A stretch of 64,000 nt of DNA from an uncultured Syntrophaceae bacterium (lineage in GTDB: Bacteria; Desulfobacterota; Syntrophia; Syntrophales; UBA2192). The stretch lies in the NCBI GenBank assembly GCA_964585095.1, contig CAZPCN010000004.1:9415-73414 (forward strand), in the 5' to 3' direction. Shown piece by piece: positions 35,774-43,502 of the stretch; positions within the stretch are counted from its first letter, which is position 1; every line of letters begins with the position of its first letter. The notes under the pieces are model-generated. The model did no database searches, was not told where the DNA came from, and saw only the letters and a list, made by a program, of their open reading frames with translations. Made by a program: the position numbers and the translations under genes.

Positions 35774-37111
35774 ATGGAAGCGTCAAAGAAACCCGATACC
35801 CGAGACCCGATGCCCGAGACCCGGCCGCAGAGCGGCCTGAAGCTCGAGGATCTCAGGCCCCGACAGCCGGAGAAGAAGAAGTTCTCCGACTGGTTCATGC
35901 CGAGGCGGAACAACACGATCCTCTTCGACCCCGCGAAGTGCACCGGTTGCGGCACCTGCGAAATGATCTGCTCGACCCGCAACGTCGCGAAGGTGGCCCC
36001 GGCGTCGGCCAGCGTCAAGGTTCTTTCCGACGAGAAGCTCGGCAAGAACTTCGCCGTCCTCTGCCAGCACTGCCGCAGGCCCCTGTGCCTCGAGGCCTGC
36101 CCGACGCGGGCGATCGAAAAGGGCGAAGACGGCATCGTGCGGATCAACGACCTGTTCTGCGTCGACTGCGGCCTCTGCACCATGGCCTGCCCGGAAGCGG
36201 CGCCCCTCAAGGACCCGGGAACAGGCGAGATCCACAAGTGCGACCTCTGCGAGGGAGACCCGCTGTGCGTGAAGCACTGCCCCGAGGGCGCCCTGGCGAC
36301 CACCCGCGGAAACGCCTTCCGATGGATCAAGGCCGCCCGCTGGAGCGTCCAGGCCCTGTCGTTTCTCTTCCTCGTGCTTCTCGTCGTGGGGACCTTCTGC
36401 TATTTCCGGGCGGGGACGGTGGAACTGGCCTGCCCCACGGGGACGCTGCAGAACATCGCCTCGTCGGGGACGCTCATCCTCGTGGGCGCCTCGTCGGCCC
36501 TGGCCCTGCTCATCCTGACGGTCCTCTTCGGCAGGGTCTTCTGCGGCTGGGTCTGCCCCTTCGGCTTTGTCCTGGACCTGGTGGACAAGATCACCCCGAA
36601 GAAGCTCGGCTGGCCGAATTTCCTGAAAAGCCGGATGGCCAAGTACGGCATCCTCGGCGGCGCCGTAGGCAGCAGCGCCGTGCTGGGTTACCAGGCCTTC
36701 TGCACCGTCTGCCCCATCGGCACCCTGTGCCGCTCCTACGGGGTCCAGTCGGTCATGCAGAGCGCCGAGCTGGCCATCGTGCCGGCGCTGGCCGCGACGG
36801 AAATCGCCGAGCGCCGGTCCTGGTGCCGCTACCTCTGCCCCGTCGGCGCCACGCTGGGCATCGCCAGCCTGCTGAGGCTCCTCAAGATCGTCATCGGGGC
36901 CCGTAAATGCAAGAAATTCTCCTGCATCCAGTGCGCCGAGGTCTGCCCCGTGGGAATCATCAACGCCGACGAGCTTCGCGAGGGCATCTCCCCGAAAATC
37001 CCGATGACGGAGTGCATCATGTGCCTGCGCTGCGTGGACCGCTGCCCCTACAGCGCGGCGAAGGTCCGCTTCCGCTGGCAGAAATCGACCCCCGGGGAGG
37101 CGAACACATGA
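35774..37111 (+). CDS. Membrane polyferredoxin: N-terminal DmsB-like 4Fe-4S domain fused to a NapH/NosR-like CxxxCP membrane domain and a C-terminal 2x[4Fe-4S]
   Basis: CTGCGTCEMIC, CQHCRRPLCLEACP, CVDCGLCTMACP and CDLCEGDPLCVKHCP. Then TM helices with FCGWVCPFG and CRYLCPVG. Then CIQCAEVCP and CIMCLRCVDRCP. The start is uncertain: codons 6-17 are encoded by a CCC-N4 repeat (35792-35822), so the later ATG giving MPRRNNTILFDP (about 35897) may be the real start. Confidence 0.75.
   Translation: MEASKKPDTRDPMPETRPQSGLKLEDLRPRQPEKKKFSDWFMPRRNNTILFDPAKCTGCGTCEMICSTRNVAKVAPASASVKVLSDEKLGKNFAVLCQHCRRPLCLEACPTRAIEKGEDGIVRINDLFCVDCGLCTMACPEAAPLKDPGTGEIHKCDLCEGDPLCVKHCPEGALATTRGNAFRWIKAARWSVQALSFLFLVLLVVGTFCYFRAGTVELACPTGTLQNIASSGTLILVGASSALALLILTVLFGRVFCGWVCPFGFVLDLVDKITPKKLGWPNFLKSRMAKYGILGGAVGSSAVLGYQAFCTVCPIGTLCRSYGVQSVMQSAELAIVPALAATEIAERRSWCRYLCPVGATLGIASLLRLLKIVIGARKCKKFSCIQCAEVCPVGIINADELREGISPKIPMTECIMCLRCVDRCPYSAAKVRFRWQKSTPGEANT
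35792..35822. repeat. CCC-N4 array (5 C-tracts; G-quadruplex motif on the minus strand)
   Basis: CCCGATA CCCGAGA CCCGATG CCCGAGA CCC. Confidence 0.65.
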
Positions 37112-38433
37112 GCCTCTACCAGCCCTTCTTCAACGGAAAAATCGGCGTTGTCGACCTGACGACTCGTTCGGTTTACACCCTGGATCTTCCCTGGGAGGTC
37201 TGCGGGGAGCACATCGGGGGTGCAACCGTCAACGCGAGACTGCTGTCCGAGTACGAGAGCGACACGCTGGTCCTCGGCACCGGCCCGCTCACGGGCAGTT
37301 TCGCCCCGGCCTCGTCGCTCCTGGTCGGGACATTCCGCTCGCCCCGCTGGGACCACCTCTGCCACGTGCCCTTTATGCTCCGAAGCGGCCCGGAGATGAA
37401 ATTCTCGGGCTTCGACTTCCTGGTCATCCGCGGCTCCGCAAAGGAGCCCTGCGCAGTATTTGCAGGGCGCGGCCAGCTCCGCGTTCTTCCCGTCCCCGAC
37501 ACGGCGGACAAGCCCGTCCCGGAAGTCCTGCAGGCGCTCAAGCGGGCCGCACCCGGCTACCGGGGTTCCATCGTGACGGGCCCCGCGGCGGACCGCGGCT
37601 CGAACCATGCGTCGGCCTCCGCGGGCAGCCACGGGAGCTTCGACCGCGTCGGGTTTGCCGCCCGCATGGCCGAGAAAAATCTGAAGGCCGTTCTCTTCAA
37701 CGGCATCGGGGGCCTTCCCTTCCATGAGGACCACCCCGCGCTGTCCAAGGCAACGGAAAAGATGCTGCGGGACTCGGGTGCCATGAAGGCCGCTGGCTTC
37801 GTCTCCGTTTTGAAGGGACTTGCCGACGGCGCGGAAGCCGCGGGTGCGTTGCGGGGCAAACTCGGACGAAACCGTGCCTGCTACCACTGCCCCTGCCCCT
37901 GCATGACCTCCACGGCATTCGGAAAAACAGGACCGGAGAAAGAGGGGCTCCTGATGCTGGATCACGCCGGTTGGGCCGCTCTGTCCCGTAAATCTGAAAG
38001 CGCCCTGCCCCTGCTCATGCGGTGCCTGGAACTGGGTCTCGATCCCCTCGCGGCCGGACTGGTCCTCCGCGAAGACCGCCCGATGAAGGAAACCATCAGC
38101 GCTTTGGAGGCGCTTGTCGCGGGCAGCGCCTCGATCGACGAAGAGGATTACCCGGCGGCACCCGGGATCGACACGCGGCATTACCGCCTTCTGGGCGGCA
38201 TCACACCCCTGTCTTCCGGGAAAGCCTGGACGGAGCGGGTCGCAGCGGCTCTCATCCTGGGCGTCTGCCCCGTGTTCATGCAGATCGCCGGCAGCCTGGA
38301 TCGCACCGATCTTCTGCGCTTTCTCTCTGCCGACGCGGAAGAAGTCAAGTCTCTGGCGACAAAACTCAACGGTCAGGTCGAAATGCTCCTGGAGGGGAAA
38401 ATACCGGAATCGGGTCTCGGGGATCGGGTATAG
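37108..38433 (+). CDS. Short, divergent AOR-family protein (about 441 aa)
   Basis: AFOR N-domain-like start (KIGVVDLTTRSVYTLDL...GTGPLTGSFAPAS...FDFLVIRG...IVTGPAADRGS...KNLKAVLFNG). CYHCPCPC resembles the AOR CxxCxxxC cluster motif. LELGLDPLAAG and ILGVCPVF resemble the two pterin-phosphate motifs. It is about 165 aa shorter than the two full AORs upstream. ATGA overlap with the NapH-like gene. Confidence 0.65.
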   Translation: MSLYQPFFNGKIGVVDLTTRSVYTLDLPWEVCGEHIGGATVNARLLSEYESDTLVLGTGPLTGSFAPASSLLVGTFRSPRWDHLCHVPFMLRSGPEMKFSGFDFLVIRGSAKEPCAVFAGRGQLRVLPVPDTADKPVPEVLQALKRAAPGYRGSIVTGPAADRGSNHASASAGSHGSFDRVGFAARMAEKNLKAVLFNGIGGLPFHEDHPALSKATEKMLRDSGAMKAAGFVSVLKGLADGAEAAGALRGKLGRNRACYHCPCPCMTSTAFGKTGPEKEGLLMLDHAGWAALSRKSESALPLLMRCLELGLDPLAAGLVLREDRPMKETISALEALVAGSASIDEEDYPAAPGIDTRHYRLLGGITPLSSGKAWTERVAAALILGVCPVFMQIAGSLDRTDLLRFLSADAEEVKSLATKLNGQVEMLLEGKIPESGLGDRV

Positions 38434-38475
38434 GGGAGTGAGCAGGGTATCGGGCTTAGGGTATCGGGTATAGGG
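38412..38475. repeat. GGG-N4 array (9 G-tracts)
   Basis: GGGTCTC GGGGATC GGGTATA GGGGAGTGAGCA GGGTATC GGGCTTA GGGTATC GGGTATA GGG. It overlaps the last codons of the AOR-like ORF. Confidence 0.7.
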
Positions 38476-38498
38476 TTTAAGAAAAGACACCAGGATAT

Positions 38499-38542
38499 AA
38501 AAAAAGGATCGAGGAGACATGCCCCGATCCTTTTTATTTTTT
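38499..38542. terminator. Bidirectional intrinsic terminator candidate
   Basis: AAAAAGGATCG-loop-CGATCCTTTTT with flanking A- and T-runs. It lies in the convergent gap between the AOR-like gene and dksA. Confidence 0.65.
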
Positions 38543-38548
38543 CTCTTT

Positions 38549-38572
38549 CCCTAAACCCGAGACCCGATACCC
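38549..38572. repeat. CCC-N4 array (4 C-tracts), partner arm of 38412-38475
   Basis: CCCTAAA CCCGAGA CCCGATA CCC. Confidence 0.6.
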
Positions 38573-38577
38573 TTCTT

Positions 38578-39012
38578 TCAGTCCGCAAAGAACGCCGGGA
38601 GCAGCTCTGGGGTCTTCCCCTGCATCTTCTGGCGCTTCTCTTCGATGGTCTTGCATTCGATGCAAAGGGTGGTCACGGGACGCGCCATGAGCCTCTTCAC
38701 GCCGATCGGTTCGCCGCACTCTTCGCAAACCCCGTAGGTCCCGTCATCGATGCGCTCGATGGCCTCCTTCATCTTCACGATCAGCTTCCGCTCGCGCTCC
38801 CTCATGCGGATCTCGAGGTTGAGGTCGGACTCCTGGGAGGCCCTGTCGTTCATGTCGGGGAGTTTCTCCTCGTTGCCCGCCATGTCGACGACGGTCTTCC
38901 CCACTTCCGCCATCAACTCGTTGATTTTGGACTGCAGCATCTTCCTGATCAGTTTCAGGTCTTTGGCTGTTGCTGCCTGCACCTTGGCCAAGTTGCTTAC
39001 CCCCCTATCCAT
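38578..39012 (-). CDS. dksA: DksA/TraR-family C4 zinc-finger RNA polymerase-binding protein
   Basis: Coiled-coil region plus CEECGEPIGVKRLMARPVTTLCIECK. Confidence 0.85.
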   Translation of the reverse strand: MDRGVSNLAKVQAATAKDLKLIRKMLQSKINELMAEVGKTVVDMAGNEEKLPDMNDRASQESDLNLEIRMRERERKLIVKMKEAIERIDDGTYGVCEECGEPIGVKRLMARPVTTLCIECKTIEEKRQKMQGKTPELLPAFFAD

Positions 39013-39127
39013 CGTGACCCTGGCACTGTTGACTACTCATGAAATGTGCCAATGGGTTTTTTGACATAGCACATTTTGGCCCTTCTTTGCTATAGTATAA
39101 TCACTTTTTGACAGGAGGCAACACCCC

Positions 39128-39400
39128 GTGAATCCTGAAATGATCAAGAAAATCGACACCGTTCTTGACCGCGTCAAGGACCCCGAGAGCGGGCTCTCCG
39201 TTCTGCATCTCGGGCTCGTCAAGCGGGTCAGGTTCAGCGAGGCGCGAAAGAAACTATTTGTTTTCACGGACTTCCAGAGTCACATGCCCGACTGCAAGAC
39301 CTGCGTCTTCATCGCGAAGATGGTGGGCGAGAACATCCTCCGCAACCTCACCGTCGAGTTCAACCTCGAGTTCCCCGACCTCGAAATCGAGTTCGTGTGA
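39128..39400 (+). CDS. DUF59 (MIP18/SufT-like) domain protein
   Basis: VLDRVKDPESGLSVLHLGLVKRV is the DUF59 pattern. The start is either GTG 39128 or ATG 39140. Confidence 0.6.
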   Translation: MNPEMIKKIDTVLDRVKDPESGLSVLHLGLVKRVRFSEARKKLFVFTDFQSHMPDCKTCVFIAKMVGENILRNLTVEFNLEFPDLEIEFV

Positions 39401-39467
39401 AGAACAATAACCGGCCGGCGCCTCGCCGCGCCGGCCGGAAATGTCCGTTCAATGATTCCCACGCGCC

Positions 39468-39983
39468 TCAGCAAAGTTTCCCAAATCGCTCCGCCGCATA
39501 GAGCGGGTCGATGTCGGCCCTCATGCCCGCGATCTTGGCCATGTGCGTTTTCTCCTCCCGAATCATGGCCTCGAGGATCTTCTTCTGCCCCCTGTCCTTC
39601 GAACGCTTCGCAAGCTCCGTGTAGAGCAGGATCGCGTTCTTCTCGGCCTGCATGGCGATGCGGCAGGCGTCTTCCACGGTCTTGACCAGATCGAGCCGCT
39701 CCGCGGCCTTGTCGCCCCCGGGCAGAAGGCCCTCCCGGATGACGGCGTCGAGGTAGTCGTCGATCTCCACGTCGTGGAAACACTCCTCGACCCCCTTGCG
39801 AAGGGCCGCGGCCTGGACGTCCATCAGCTCGCGCAGGTGCTTTGCCTCTTCTTTGGCCAGCTTCATGAACAGGCCCGCAAGTTCGGTTCCCCTGAACTTC
39901 TCCGCCGCCTTGGTGTAGAAACTCACCCCGTGCTCCTCCTGGCGCACGGCGTAGTCGATCACGCTGATCTCCGTTTTTGCCAT
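39468..39983 (-). CDS. Ferritin-like diiron (rubrerythrin-fold) protein, paralog A
   Basis: Two E...ExxH half-sites (EEAKH, EEKTH). 171 aa. Collinear with 40022-40537. Confidence 0.7.
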   Translation of the reverse strand: MAKTEISVIDYAVRQEEHGVSFYTKAAEKFRGTELAGLFMKLAKEEAKHLRELMDVQAAALRKGVEECFHDVEIDDYLDAVIREGLLPGGDKAAERLDLVKTVEDACRIAMQAEKNAILLYTELAKRSKDRGQKKILEAMIREEKTHMAKIAGMRADIDPLYAAERFGKLC

Positions 39984-40021
39984 CGTACGGTCTCCTCTGC
40001 CTGTCGTTCCCCTTTCCCGGC

Positions 40022-40537
40022 TCAGAAAAACCTGCCGAACCGCATGGCCGCGTAGGCCGGGTCGTAATCGGCCCGCGCCGTTCCCACCATGACGATGTGG
40101 GAGCGCTCCTCCTTGGCGATGTCCTCGAAGATCTTCCGCTGCTCCTTTCCCTTCGCGAGCTTCGCGAGCTCAGAGTACAGCAGGATGGCGTTCTTCTCCG
40201 CTTCCATGGCGATGGCGCAGGCACTGCCGACATCATTGACCTTCTCGAGCCGCTTCACCATGCTGTCGCCCTTCGGGAAGAACCCCTCGCGGATGATCGT
40301 GTCGAGATAGTCGCTGACCTGCTCCGAGCGGAAGACCGGGTCGGCCCCCTTCTTTTCCGCCTTCTGCTTGATCCCGAGGAACGTCTCCATGTGCCTGACC
40401 TCCTCCTTGGCGAGCTTCATGAAGAGTTCCCGGAGGTCGGTCTCCTTGAATTTCTTTGCCGCCTTGGTGTAGAACCCGATGCCGTCACGCTCCGCCTTCA
40501 CGGCGAAATCGAAAATGCTCATCTCCGCCATGGCCAT
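40022..40537 (-). CDS. Ferritin-like diiron (rubrerythrin-fold) protein, paralog B
   Basis: Same length and motif layout (EEVRH, EERSH). It shares the C-terminal DPxYAAxRFG tail with paralog A. Confidence 0.7.
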   Translation of the reverse strand: MAMAEMSIFDFAVKAERDGIGFYTKAAKKFKETDLRELFMKLAKEEVRHMETFLGIKQKAEKKGADPVFRSEQVSDYLDTIIREGFFPKGDSMVKRLEKVNDVGSACAIAMEAEKNAILLYSELAKLAKGKEQRKIFEDIAKEERSHIVMVGTARADYDPAYAAMRFGRFF

Positions 40538-40692
40538 GGTGCAACCTCCTTTTCCCCGTTGAACGTTCCAAACCCGGGCTGCGACGCCCCGTCACGCATA
40601 CATGATCATCATAATTCCCCCGGGCAGGAAAAACAATCGGATACTTTGCCCCGCCTCACCCCGGGACACCGCGCGCCCTGCGGGCGGCAGCA

Positions 40693-41679
40693 TCAGGCCC
40701 GCCTCCGGGTCAGCACCTCCGGGTTCACCACGTGGGCGGGCCGCTGCCCGCGCAGGCCGGCCAGGAGGTTCTCCGCTGCCATGCGCGCCATCTTCATCCG
40801 GGTCTCGACCGTCGCGCTCCCCACGTGGGGCATGAGCACCACGTTGTCGAGGGACGTCAGGCCCGGCGTGAGAACCGGCTCGTTCTCGTAGACGTCGAGC
40901 CCGGCCCCCTCGATCCGCTTTTCCCGCAGGGCCTCCACCAGCGCCGCTTCGTCCACGACCGGCCCTCGCGACGTATTGACGAGGTACGAGGTGGGTCTCA
41001 TGATGCCGAGCTCTCTGCGGCCGATGAGGTGGCGGGTCTCATCCGACAGGGGCACGTGCAGCGACACGAAATCCGCCTTCCCGAGCAGTTCGTCTTTTTC
41101 CGCGTACACGACGCCCAGGTCCCGCTCCTCGGCGGCCTCGAGGCGGACCCGGTTGTGGTAGAGGACCTCCATGCCGAAGGCCTTGGCCCTTCGGGCAACG
41201 GCCCTGCCGATGCGCCCCAGCCCGACGACGCCCAGCGTCTTGCCCGATACCTCCCGGCTCAGGAACAGAAGCGGCGCCCAGCACGTCCACTCGCCCGCCC
41301 GTGTCCGCCGGTCCAGGTCCACCACCCGCCGGGCCGATGCCAGGATGAGGGCGAAGGCCAGCTCCGCCGTGGCCTCCGTCAGGATGCCCGGCGTGTTGGT
41401 CACCACGATGCCCCGCGCCGTCGCGGCCGCCACGTCGATGTTGTTGTACCCCACGGCCATGTTGGAGACGACCCGGAGACGCGGGGCCCGGTCCATCAGC
41501 TCCGCATCCACGCCGTCGGTGATCATGGCGAGCAGGCCGTCCACCCCCGCGACGGCCTCGAGCAGTTCCGCCCGCCCCATGGGCCGGTCCTCCCCGTTGG
41601 CCCTCACGTCGCAGTCCTCGGCGAGCAGCGACAGGATGTCGTCGGTCAGGCGGCCGGATAGGAGGATCTTGTGCTTCAT
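40693..41679 (-). CDS. D-isomer-specific 2-hydroxyacid dehydrogenase (glyoxylate/hydroxypyruvate reductase-like)
   Basis: GVVGLGRIGRAVARRA NAD motif, and the LVNTSRGPVVDE and PHVGSAT catalytic blocks. Start at MKHKILL; the ORF-track extension was rejected. Confidence 0.85.
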   Translation of the reverse strand: MKHKILLSGRLTDDILSLLAEDCDVRANGEDRPMGRAELLEAVAGVDGLLAMITDGVDAELMDRAPRLRVVSNMAVGYNNIDVAAATARGIVVTNTPGILTEATAELAFALILASARRVVDLDRRTRAGEWTCWAPLLFLSREVSGKTLGVVGLGRIGRAVARRAKAFGMEVLYHNRVRLEAAEERDLGVVYAEKDELLGKADFVSLHVPLSDETRHLIGRRELGIMRPTSYLVNTSRGPVVDEAALVEALREKRIEGAGLDVYENEPVLTPGLTSLDNVVLMPHVGSATVETRMKMARMAAENLLAGLRGQRPAHVVNPEVLTRRRA

Positions 41680-41740
41680 GGGGGGTCCTTTCGGTGAGCG
41701 TTTGAGAGGTTTTTCATTCCCTGCGGGAGTGTCCGGGCAT

Positions 41741-41831
41741 GTCATTGCGAAGGAGCAAAGCGACTGAAGCAATCTCGAACCTTACCTCGGGCCCTGAGAT
41801 TGCCGCGCTCCCTGCGGTCGCTCGCAATGAC
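41741..41831. repeat. Palindromic REP-like element (GTCATTGCGA...GCAATCTC / GAGATTGC...TCGCAATGAC family)
   Basis: The two halves are mutually complementary. A second family member lies at 54068-54142. Confidence 0.65.
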
Positions 41832-41874
41832 AATATTCATTTGCAGCACAGTCTCTATGTCGGCAGGCGGCCCG

Positions 41875-42549
41875 TCAGGCGGTCTTCTTCGGCGGGATGA
41901 GCGAGGGGATCCAGCGGTAGACGGGCTCGAAGCAGTTCTTCACCTGCCCTTTCTTCGGGATCATGAAGACAAAGCACTTCTTCTGGTCGGGAACGACGGC
42001 GATGTGGCGGAGGATTCCCGGGTCGGGGTGGGTGACCGTCAGTTTCTTCAGCTGATCCCGCATCCGGCCGCTCTGGTAGTATACGAGCCAGTTGGAATTG
42101 CCCCACCGGACGGGCTCCCGGTTGAGACGGGCCTCGTTGGTGATCCGGGCGCGCCGGTAGCGCGCGTACTTCTCCTCGATGAGGTGCCCCTCCTCTTTCA
42201 GCGGCTGCCGCATGAAAAGCGTGACGAAGAGCCGGTCGTGCTTGCGGATCAGGATCGAGACCGGCAGGTAGAGAAGCGACTGCCGCGCCAGGAAGGTGAT
42301 CGTGGCCTCCACCTTCTCGATGGGGGAGTCCTTGCGGGTGATGAAATTGCCGTGGTAGCCGATGAGGCCGCCGATGTTCGTGAAGGTCTGGTCTACGGGC
42401 TTGATGACGTCCACGAGCCCGTTGAAGGCCGAGAGGTAGAGGCGCTTGTTCTCCTTTTCGCCCCAGTAGTAGCCCCAGACCAAAACCGCCGTAGCGGCGA
42501 TGAAGAGCCAGAACAGGGGCTCCGATACGAGGTAATCGTGCTCGAACAT
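41875..42549 (-). CDS. Hypothetical protein with a single N-terminal TM helix
   Basis: LFWLFIAATAVLVWGYYW anchor. It lies 2 nt downstream of the ArsA-like gene. No family recognised. Confidence 0.55.
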   Translation of the reverse strand: MFEHDYLVSEPLFWLFIAATAVLVWGYYWGEKENKRLYLSAFNGLVDVIKPVDQTFTNIGGLIGYHGNFITRKDSPIEKVEATITFLARQSLLYLPVSILIRKHDRLFVTLFMRQPLKEEGHLIEEKYARYRRARITNEARLNREPVRWGNSNWLVYYQSGRMRDQLKKLTVTHPDPGILRHIAVVPDQKKCFVFMIPKKGQVKNCFEPVYRWIPSLIPPKKTA

Positions 42550-42551
42550 GC

Positions 42552-43502
42552 TCAGCGTCTCCAGTTCAGCGGCGTCACCAGGTCTTCGGGGATTTCATAG
42601 AGCGTCGAATCGAGGCCGCAGGCCAGGTTCGACGAAAGGGCCACGCGCAGGAGCGGCGCGTCCTTGACCATCTTGCGAAGCTCCGCGACCACCTGGTCGG
42701 CCACGGCGAGGTTCTCCGCGGTCACCTTGTTCTGGATGAGCAGGCGCAGCGGCAGGTTGATGTCGCGCAGGCCTTCCACGAGCCTCTCGGACTCGCGCAG
42801 GGAGAGCATGTCGGGGTTGAAGACGAGGACCACCCCGCAGTCGGGCCCCTGCAGGATCCCCGTAAGGGACTCGTAGTTGGCCTTGAGGGCCATGAGCCGC
42901 TGCAGCACGGCGTCGTCCTTTTCGTCGTAGGCGAGCTTCTCCTCCCGCTGCCGTTGCTCCTCCGTGGCGGGGCCGCGGATTTTCTGGATCGTGTGGCGCT
43001 TGTCCAGGATCTGCCGGCGGATCTGGGCCAGCCGGTCGATCCAGGTGATCGTGATCTGCGGCAGCGCGAGGAAGCGCAGGGTCAGCCCCGTGGGCGGCGT
43101 GTCGAAGATGACCGTGTCGAAGTTCGCCCCGTCCTTCCGGATCGTCTCCTCGATGCTCGTGAGCAGGGCATACTCCTCGATGCCCGGCGAATATTTCAGG
43201 ACGGAAAAGTACCGGTCCAGGTTGAGCACCTGCAGGTAGCTGTAGGTCCGGGTGAGCACACCGATCTCGCGCTCCAGGTAGTCCCGGGAGAGCTTCTGCA
43301 GGTCGACTTCCCGCAGGAGCAGGTTGTCGCTCATTCTCTTTTCTTTGCCGTTGAGCCGCACGCAGAAGATGTCGCCCAGGTTGTGCGCCGGGTCGAGGGA
43401 CACGACGAGCACGCGGCTCTTCTTCGAAAGCTGCCAGGCCGCCGAGGCGGCCATGGTGGATTTCCCGACGCCGCCCTTGCCGGTGTAGAAGAGGATCTTC
43501 AT
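42552..43502 (-). CDS. ArsA/Get3-family P-loop ATPase (single-domain)
   Basis: MKILFYTGKGGVGKST deviant Walker A, DPAHNLGD, and VIFDTPPTG switch region. Start at MKILF; the ORF-track extension was rejected. Confidence 0.8.
   Translation of the reverse strand: MKILFYTGKGGVGKSTMAASAAWQLSKKSRVLVVSLDPAHNLGDIFCVRLNGKEKRMSDNLLLREVDLQKLSRDYLEREIGVLTRTYSYLQVLNLDRYFSVLKYSPGIEEYALLTSIEETIRKDGANFDTVIFDTPPTGLTLRFLALPQITITWIDRLAQIRRQILDKRHTIQKIRGPATEEQRQREEKLAYDEKDDAVLQRLMALKANYESLTGILQGPDCGVVLVFNPDMLSLRESERLVEGLRDINLPLRLLIQNKVTAENLAVADQVVAELRKMVKDAPLLRVALSSNLACGLDSTLYEIPEDLVTPLNWRR

Noticed and set aside
35774-35896. Treating the first approximately 40 codons of the NapH-like ORF as genuine coding sequence
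   Set aside because: Not fully rejected, but doubtful. Codons 6-17 are specified by the CCC-N4 repeat that also occurs non-codingly elsewhere, and no RBS precedes 35774. An internal ATG just before the first Cys cluster is an equally good start.
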